Shown here: positions 55,031 to 64,000 of the stretch, one piece after another
Numbering within the stretch: position 1 is the stretch's first letter
Layout of the letters: every line of letters begins with the position of its first letter
NCBI GenBank assembly: GCA_951406725.2
Contig: OX597815.1
Span: 155,682,001 to 155,746,000, forward strand
Direction: 5' to 3'
Source: Octopus vulgaris
Taxonomy: Eukaryota
DNA: 64,000 bases
The notes under the pieces: model-generated
What the model saw: the letters and a program-made list of their open reading frames with translations, nothing else
Told to the model about the DNA's origin: nothing
Databases searched by the model: none
Made by a program: the position numbers and the translations under genes

Positions 55031-56129
55031 TAATATGTGCATGAATGCTTCATATCTGCCATACAGTTACAATTTTATCTTGATAAACTGTAGCTATTTA
55101 CTAAACTCTACCAACCCGACATAATAATGTTTTCAATTAACTTTTAATATATAATCTACCTCTGAACAATAAGACAATGAGTTCTAGTATCTTAAAAAAG
55201 TAAAATAAATCAAAGACAGTGATAATGAGCAAAGACATTAATGAGAACATAATACATATTTTAACATGACTGGGTAATTTCATTTATCAGCTACCAATCA
55301 GAATCAATGGGATTTCCATACACTCACTCACTCACTCTCACACACATTCAAGACTTTGCTGCTTGATATTACCTGCAGCAAACTAAATGTCATCGCTCTT
55401 ACAAGAATATTCTTTTGAAATTTTTTAACAAGGAAGAAAAACTGTTAATGCATGAATAAAGTGTTTATTTCATTATAGACTAAAAATAAAATGAAAGAGA
55501 ACAACTCAGTCACAGCTTCATTAAATTCTGATATTGTAGATATTCACACCTGTCATCAATTCCTAAACTGTGCAAAACAGCTAATCAAATAGCATTGTTA
55601 TTTGTGGTTAAAAAAAACTGAAGCTATGCACTCTTCTGTAGTGAAACAGTTTAGCCACATTTTAAAAAGTCATTCCTTTCAAAAGATTTGTCAGTTTGCA
55701 TCTTGTGTTTATTTATTTTTTTTTTGTGTTTTATCAGGTAAATTTCCTAGATTTTTCCCTCCAAAATGTTAAGTAGTACTTTAAGAAGTGAGAAAAATTT
55801 AGTGATATTATTTGATAAAGAAATCAATGCCAAGGAATGGATGTCTTTTGAATTAGGTCAACATACAGACGTAGTAAATTGTAACCAGTTGGCATGTGAA
55901 AGAACATGATACCTACCAAGTACCAGCAATGTATGCCTATGATCAGCAAATTTTATTAAATTTCTTGCAATAGCTATATTTTTTATGGATTTCTATACCA
56001 AGCAAACGACTATCAAAATCTGTAGCTTCTATCAGGATTGAGAGATTATCTATATAAAGTGCTACAAAACTTTAAGAGTTAATATAACTAGGATAGACAG
56101 AAAGAGGGAGAGAAACATGCATTTCTGAC

Positions 56130-56391
56130 AATTCTGTGACGGTGGCATGTTAAAAGCACCAACCGATCGTGGCCGCTGCCAGACTCCCCTGGCACCTGTG
56201 CTGGTGGCATGTAAAAAGCACCCACTACACTCGCGGAGTGGTTGGCATTAGGAAGGCCATCCAGCTGTAGAAACACTGCCAGATCAGACTGGAGCCTGGT
56301 GCAGCCTCCTGGCTTCCCAGACCCCGGTCGAACCGTCCAACCTGTGCTAGCGCGGAAAACAGACGTTAAACGATGATGATGATGATGATGA
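56130..56391 (+). mobile_element. RTE 3'-UTR/(GAT)n-tail fragment (others at 16314-16500, 31075-31324, 39000-39180, 52263-52508)
   Basis: Shares aaaagcacccactacactc...ggaaggccatccagc...cgttaaa(cgat)(gat)n with 22640-22870 and 57635-57830. Confidence 0.8.
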
Positions 56392-56626
56392 ATCATGATA
56401 CATTTTTGTGACAATCTAGCACAGAATAGAAAATAGTCAGGCGACAAGTCTGTAAAGAGCTGTTGATCCCCACCAGCTTTAGATCTGCAAGTGTTTTCAT
56501 GGCATTTTTTATATCTATTTTTTTTCTTATCTTCATTCATAATTGTCTAAAAATTTAACGTTTTGTTTCATGGATGTCTATAAGCTTTATTTTACAGAAG
56601 CTTATCGTTCTGTCCAAACATCATTA

Positions 56627-56843
56627 TGAAGGGGTGCTGAAAAGTTCCTGGCTTTAAGGGTGTCGTGAAAGGCCTGGCTGGAGGCCCAGTCTTTCAAGTT
56701 CTTTGATTAATCTTTGAAAAACTGAATGACTGCTGCAATAAATGAGTGCATCTGAGAGAAGGATATGTTGACTAAAATCTTAATTAACTGAATCTCCTGT
56801 ATTTTCTTTTAACCAATGCCAAGAACTTTTCAGCATCCCATCA
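56627..56843. mobile_element. ~217-bp mariner-type MITE
   Basis: TA-flanked TIRs tgaaggggtgctgaaaagttcctggc / gccaagaacttttcagcatcccatca. Confidence 0.85.
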
Positions 56844-57634
56844 TACAGGCTCCAGGATAAAGCAATGCTTTGGAGGTCCCAACATATACAAATTCCATAC
56901 ATAGATTAGCATTGGACCCTCACCTAGACCCATGGGGCATCTAGGGAACTTCTAAGTGTACATGTACCTTAAAACAGCACTGCACATTCACAGGTAATGC
57001 AAGCATTATTCTAAGCGCAACCCATAAATTTGGGTCAACATCCTGTAACTTACTTTACTGTTAATGGATCTAATGGCTTTTATTGGAAACTTTTCATCTA
57101 CAAGAGATAATTCTTTTGCATTATCTAATTCAGTCAAGAGAACACATCATTGATATCATTTACACAATGTTTTAAAATAAGGCTAACAACTTCCCAGTAA
57201 ACACATCTTGTTTGTATTTTATTTTGCATTTTCACAGTGCTTTCTTTGTCTTTAGAAAATTGCAAACATATATGTGACCCCTGCTGCCTCATCACCACTG
57301 CACATGGATTCCCAGGCAACTGACTTACTAATATATATTCCATCAATCTGTATGTGTGTTCTGATATTCTTTTGTTTGTTTCAATTGCTGGACTGCAGCC
57401 ATGCTAGGGAACTGCCTTGGAGGGTTTAGTAAATCAAATTACTCCACTTTTTATTTTAGAGTGGGAAAGTCTAAGTAAATATTAGTTTTAAATTTTGGCA
57501 CAAGGTCAACAATTTGGTGGTGGTGGTGGGGGAGTAAGTCAATTACATCAATCCCAGTGCTCAAGTGGCATTTATTTTATTGACCCTGAAAGGATAAAGG
57601 CAAAGTTGACCTCGGTAGAATTTGAACTCTGAAC

Positions 57635-58255
57635 CATCATCATCATCATCGACATTAAACGTCCACTTTCCATGCTGGCATGGGCTGGACAGTTTGACAG
57701 AGGGCTGGCAAGCTAGAAGGCTGCACCAGGCTCCAGTCTGATTTGGCAAAGTTTCTACAGCTGGATGCCCTTCCTGCCACCACCACTCTGAGAGAGTAGT
57801 GGGTACTTTTATGTGCCACTGGCACGAGGGCCAGTGAGGCAGTACTGGCATCGACCATGCTCAAATGGTGCTTTTTACATGCCACCTGCACAAGAGCCAG
57901 CCAGGCAGCACTGGCAACAACAACACTCAAATGGTGTTTTTTACATGCTACCAGTACAGAAGCCAGTTGAGTGACGCTGGCAATGATCACACTCAAATGT
58001 TGCTTTTAACATTCCACTGGCACAGGTACCAATCAGGCAGTACTGTCATCAGCCACGATAATGATTTCACTTAACTCAACAAGTCTTCACAAGTGCAGTT
58101 TATTGCACAATGATTGAATGGTACTCTTAAATGGTCTGGTTATGCAGCACTGGCATGGGCCATGGTTATGGTTTCACTTGGCTTGCTGGGTCTTCTCAAG
58201 CACAGCAAATCTCCAAAGGTTTCAGTCACTTGTCATTGCCTTGATGAGCCCCAGT
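57635..58255 (-). mobile_element. RTE LINE 3' end with ~4 x 66-bp tandem repeat in the 3' UTR
   Basis: Minus-strand GLIKAMTSD*NLWRFAVLEKT. tcaaatg recurs at 57861, 57927 and 57993. (CAT)n tail at the left end. Confidence 0.8.
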
Positions 58256-58619
58256 GTTTGAATAATGAAATGCCACTAAGCATTTTGCCTGGCAAGCTAA
58301 CAATTCCGCCAGCTTAATGCCTTAGTCTAAGTAAATATTAGTTTCAAATTCTGGCACAAGGCCAGGAATTTCAGAGAAGCACTTAAGCTGATTACATTGA
58401 CCACTGTATTCAACTGGTACTTATTTTATCAATCCCAAAAAGATGAAAGGCAAAGTCAACCTCTGTGGAATTTGAACTCAGAATGTAGAGGTAGATGATA
58501 TGCTGCTAAGCATTTTTCCTGGCATGCTAATGATTCTGCCAGCTTGCTACCTTAATAAATATTAATATTAATATAGTCTAAGTAAATATTAATATTTATT
58601 CTACATACAGCTTTAAAGA

Positions 58620-58940
58620 CTCTGCCGGTTACGACGACGAGGGTCCCAGCTGATACGATCAACGGAACAGCTTGCTCGTGAAATTAACGTGCAAATGGCT
58701 GAGCATTCCACAGACACGTGTACCCTTAACGTAGTTCTCAGGGATAATCAGCGTGACACAGAGAGTGACAAGGCTGACCCTTTGAAATACAAGTACAACT
58801 CATTTTTGCCAGCTGAGTGGACTGGAGCAACATGAAATAAAGTGTCTTGCTCAAGGACACAACGCGTCGCCGGGAATCGAACTCACAACCTTACGATCAT
58901 GAGCCGAATACCCTAACCACTAAGCCACACGCCCTCACTA
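58620..58940 (-). mobile_element. SINE with family B tail and a tgtgtccttgagcaagacac core
   Basis: Head gtgagggcgtgTGGCTTAGTGGttagggta...gaGTTCGATTCCc. Tail as in 20350-20510. Confidence 0.85.
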
Positions 58941-60100
58941 CTTACATACAGCTAATCATCTCTTGAATGACAATCACAACAATTTCCACACTTTCTGGCA
59001 GTATCACCCCCATCTATCAGTATTAAACAGCATTGATTCTGCCTTAGTTGTTTTGGACTTCATCTTTGCAGACTCTTCCCTCCCTCCTGTTATTTGAGTG
59101 GGCATCTTACAAAAGCAGTGATAGCTACAAACACCTTATTTAGTTTATGCCAACATTGCTGTGAGATTGAAGTTCATTTCTCAGTCATGTGATTTCAGAA
59201 CCATTGGCACATGGCTGTATGGTTTAGAAACTCACTTCATGGTTCCAGGTTCTGTTCCACTGTACAGTATTTAGGGTGAGTGTTTTTCACTGCAGCCACA
59301 AATTGATGAAGGCTTTTTGCAAGTGAATTTAGTCAACAGAAAGAGACTGAAATTTGTTGTTGTTCTGTCTGTGTGTGTGTGTGTCTGTATTTATATTCTG
59401 TGCTTTTCATAAAAAAAGCACTGAGCTAAGAATAGTGAAGATTATTGTCATTACCTCCTGTCAACAAATTGTCCACTAGCTTTACACTTCTGAAAACATA
59501 CAGAATATAAAATTCCCTTAATTGAAAAACAGAACAGAAAGTGTATCCAGCCTTAAAACAATCCCTAAATGACATGTATTCCTCTAACCCATGTTAGCAT
59601 GGAAACAAAATGTATTAATTAAATGGACAAACTTGTGGATGATTTATTTCAGCTTTGGTCTTTGTCATAATAAAGCATTTGCTGTTGGTGAATTACTGTT
59701 CTTCTATTCTTCCTTAGTTTAATGCCAGTCAGGAAGGACATTTGGTATCTAGTTCAACCCTGTGGTATTCCACCTGTACTTCAAATATAGCACACCATCA
59801 TCCCTGTGTTTTATATGCACTCCTTCTTTCCCTGAATTCCTTGTATTTTAAGCCCTTCCTTTAAGTGCCTACTACATATCTTGCCTTCCAAGGTGTGTTA
59901 CCTTGACAACAAGGTTTTTACAATATTTTTCTATTTTATTTTATCGTAGTGGTTGAGTTGTTGTTTCATTATTGCTATATGGCTTGGGAACACAAGAATT
60001 TCCTTCAGATCCACCTGCACCTTCCAGTCATTAGTACCATTCAGAAGTTTCAATCTTGGCTTTCCTACACTACATTACACTACGCACACATACATGCACG

Positions 60101-60162
<62 letters not shown>

Positions 60163-61949
60163 CATACGCAATATAATATCTAATGCACATGCAGTTGCAA
60201 AGTTATTTTAACTAAGCACTTGATTAATTGAATCTAGCCTAATGCCTAGGGCTATGCAACAACCATAACTTTTACCATCATCATCATCATTATATCCCTA
60301 TTATCATTCTTACTTCCCCTTTCTTTCTTCCTTCATTATCATCTTCATTATCACTGTAGTACTTGTTATTTATTTATGTATTTATTTATTTGTTCATTTT
60401 GCTAATGTTGGTGTGGGTTGTACAGGTTTACAATACAGTATGTTTTTCTTTTATCTAGCTGAACCATATATAGTGAATCCTTCATTGGTTTCAACAATGA
60501 AAATTCAGTTGTTTGATTAACTGAACTACCCACTTGTTATATCTAACATATAAGTGGCTTAGTATTCTACAGGCTTGTGAAACACTGATATTGCTTTCAG
60601 GTTTTGGCACAAGGCCAGCAATTTTGGTGAAAAAGTTAAGTCAAGTACATCATCTCCAGTGCTTATTTTATCGACCCTGAAAGGATGAAAGACAAAGTGA
60701 ACCTTGGCAGAAATTGAACCCAGAACATAAAAACAGGCGAAATGTTACTAAGCATTGCACCCAGCATGCCAATGATTCTGCAAGTTCACTGTCTTATGTG
60801 TAATATTAATATTCCCAAAGCTGAATCAGTTTGAGATTATACATATCAAGACCAGACATTTGAATTACAGGTTGAATAAATCCAGTGAAACTTCTTAAAG
60901 TTTTTCTCAACCCGAATTCACTCTCAAGACTTGGGTCATCTCAAGGTATCATTTTCCCAAGATACCACCCTTTGAGATTGAAACTAGGGATCCATGAGTG
61001 CAAACTTTTTAACCATTTGGCTAAGTCTGAATTTGAATCATGCATCATATGATCTATCTAGTTTATTTCAATTCTTGTTTGACCATTGTCTATAACTGAT
61101 CTTCATCAGCATTATTTTTAAATCCAGCTTTTCATGCTTGCAAGAGGCAGTTGTAACTTGCTGAGATAGATTTTCTGTTGCTAGACATGTTTACACAGAA
61201 GATTGGAAATGAAGGACACATCTTGGAATATGGTGACATCACATGATGTCAAAACAAGAACACACACACAATGGCGACTATTCTGGTCAATCTGATATGT
61301 GGATATATGTAATTACTGCTCATGTGAAAGCAACATACCAAATATGAGAAAAAGTGAGCTACAAAGTGCAGTAAGATTACATATGCCTATTTCTAGGTGA
61401 GTGTTTTAAATGTTACATGTATTGTATCATATCTGTATAAATAGTCCATACATCTTAACATAGTTATATGAACATAGCACTGTAACATTACACATAGAGA
61501 AATAAGCCAAGTGGCATTTTAAAACAACTCACGACAAAAAAAAAAACAAAAAACAAAAATAAACACCACTCAATATGTACATGTAAATACAATTGTAGAA
61601 TTAAAAACAACAAGCCAAAAAGGAAAGATTACCAGGCTGTGAACAACTTTAAATTTAATTCAGACAAAACTTAGTCAAAACTTTTAAAGAAGATAATTGT
61701 CTGCTTTGAAAAACAAAAGCAAATATCAGTGAATAGAAAAAGTCAGCATGGCTAAACATATAAAACTCCTTCAACCAACTCATGATTACAGTCACTATAT
61801 ATAGAATGGACCTACAGTTTTAACAAAGATTTATATGAAGAATATAATGTACAGTCTGACCCCCAAAAGTTCAGATTTATGCAAAGGCTAAAAAATTCAG
61901 ATTTAGATTTTTCCAAACACCCAGATTTAGATTTTCCCTGAAACATTTA

Positions 61950-64000
61950 AATGAATGTGCAAAACATATTACTAGACATAGATTGAAACATCTAACAGAA
62001 ATGTCTGATTCAGAGCAAACTGGCACTATAAATCCAGCCATTGAAATAATCCTTCCACTTCAAATGATGGATAGATAGAACAGGCTGCTAAATCTGGTAG
62101 TAAACAACACACTGACTGTTTGACAGAAATTCATATCTATACTGTACAAGCAGAAGAATACCAAAAGCTTGTGGATGCCTTACAAGTGATCTGAGAAGGT
62201 ATGTTTCAACAGGTCCACAACGTTAATTTGAATGACAGGCCATACAACACCACTATAAGTGAAGAACCCAGTAAATTAGAATTAGAGGCAGTAAATAAAA
62301 TAACAAATAAATATCTGAAGATCACACAGTCCAGAGGTATGAAAATACTCTACAAAACCATCAATCTGTTGATATATGTCTCACCTATTATATTACTAGT
62401 GTATCACAAAGAGCTGAAGCCATGTAATTGAGATTCAATCAGAAAGCCTGAACCAGCATGGGCACCTAAACTTTAAAATGAAATTTAATTCCTACAAAAA
62501 ATAAACCAAAGATCGTTATAGTTATGAAATGTAACACAGGGAACAACTTCTCACAACACCAGGAGGACCTTAGAAAAAATATAAAGGCAATTTGGTGAAC
62601 CAGGATTGAAAAACCTAAACTCCAAACTACACCAGCTGAAACAACTCACAGCTACAGCTGAAAAGCTAAAATATAGATCTACAGTATATGAATGACAGAC
62701 CCAGACCTCATAACAGGTTACTAGGTGCAGGGGTGGTTCTGTGGTAAGTAGCTTGCTTACCAACCACATGTTTCCGGGTTCAGTCTCACTGTGTGGCACC
62801 TTGGGCAAGTGTATTCTACTATAGCCTCAGGGCGACCAAATCCTTGTGAGTGGATTTGGTAGATGGAAACTGAAAGAAGCCCGTCGTATATATATATATA
62901 TATATGTATATATGTGTGTATGTGTTTGTGTGTCTGTGTTTGTCCCTCCCCAACATCACTTGACAACCGATGCTGGTGTGTTTACGTCCCCGTAACTTAG
63001 CGGTTCCGCAAAAGAGATTGATAGAATAAGTACTAGGCTTAGAAAGAATAAGTCCTGGGGTCGATTTGCTTGACTAAATGCGGTGCTCCAGCATGGCCAC
63101 AGTCAAATGACTGAAACAAGTAAAAGCTGAAGAATTTCATCTTTTATATGTGTAATCTCTTATGGTTGTATAGAGAATGTATCAAAGGCACATAAAAACT
63201 TCCCAATAAGTATCAAATGCCACTACTCTCCTCATCCCCCAAAACAGCCAAACCATCCTTGCTGAAAATTACCACCCTATACCCTGCCAGAACATCATTT
63301 ACAAATTATACACTGGGTACCTCAATCTGTTCTTCCAGGATCATTGTGCCACCTAAGAAAGTGTGAGGCTGTATACATCAGCTACTGATTAACAAGATGC
63401 CCTGGGTTAAAAAAAAAACAACAGTAAAACATTATAGAAATTTAACCAGTGTGGCTGAACTACCAGCAGGCTTTTGATAACATACCATATGGGTGGATTA
63501 TCTAGGCTTTACAGTTAGCAAAATTCTCAACAACTAGTAAGTGTTATTGAATGCCTGACAAAGGCATGACATAACACTTTGTTCCTTAGGAGTGATAAAG
63601 AGCAAATTGATTCGGATAGCACTCACTACAAAAATGCATCTTTCAGAGTGATAGTTCGTTGGTGTTGCTCTTCATTCTCTCATTAAATCCACTGTCATAG
63701 CTGCTCACAAAACATAGTGACCATAGAAATACATCCAGAAGTATCTCAATTTTTTATTACCTGAAGCTGTATGACTCAAATATCAAATCACATAAAATAA
63801 TATCTGGATCACATTACCCGATTTTCTACAAATATTGGAATGAAATTGATGAAAACATCTATACACACAAAAAAAAATGCTAGTTCTAAAATCTTTCTAA
63901 GAAATCAACAAGGTGTCCAGTACTGAGGAGTGGCAGAAATAGCTTGAAACCTCTACTGATCTACTGGTCCTGTCACTAAGAAATGGTAGGAGTTTGCTCC
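61950..64000 (+). mobile_element. Degenerate R4/Dong-like retrotransposon RT region, interrupted by a SINE
   Basis: NYHPIPCQNIIYKLYTG, WLNYQQAFDNIPYGWI, CIFQSDSSLVLLFILSLNPLS and LDHITRFSTNIGMK. 5' boundary is approximate. Confidence 0.8.
62721..63126 (+). mobile_element. SINE family A inserted in the R4-like LINE
   Basis: Same consensus, plus orientation. Confidence 0.9.

Noticed and set aside
57134-57346. 70-aa minus-strand ORF as a candidate upstream PLCE1 exon
   Set aside because: No RasGEF similarity and no phase-2 donor supplying the expected GL(R/K) junction.
45284-58060. CRISPR-like arrays (184-bp and 66-bp repeats)
   Set aside because: These are tandem repeats without unique spacers in a eukaryotic intron, with no cas genes.

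Overview
AT-rich, microsatellite-dense animal genomic DNA. The SINE families and repeat landscape point to a coleoid cephalopod, most likely Octopus (inference). The window lies inside a large minus-strand phospholipase C epsilon (PLCE1-like) gene. Five GT-AG exons join in frame: 53862-53613, 43596-43406, 32178-31365, 14001-13855 and 6276-5796. They encode the end of the RasGEF (CDC25) domain, the PH domain and the start of the EF-hand region, and two of them are missing from the ORF track. The introns hold at least three tRNA-derived SINE families, decayed RTE, CR1 and R4/Dong-like (RLE) LINEs, mariner/Tc1 relics and MITEs, a probable LTR and a probable Helitron. The most unusual signal is a set of short non-coding fold-back elements beside (TA)n/(CA)n tracts. 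Four of them carry minimal type I hammerhead ribozyme motifs of the Penelope-like-element/retrozyme kind (9304-9403, 14663-14820, 35086-35462, 36020-36301), and one has an intact core on the PLCE1 pre-mRNA strand. Several snap-back junctions suggest recurrent template switching. Most entries in the ORF track are microsatellite or SINE artefacts.
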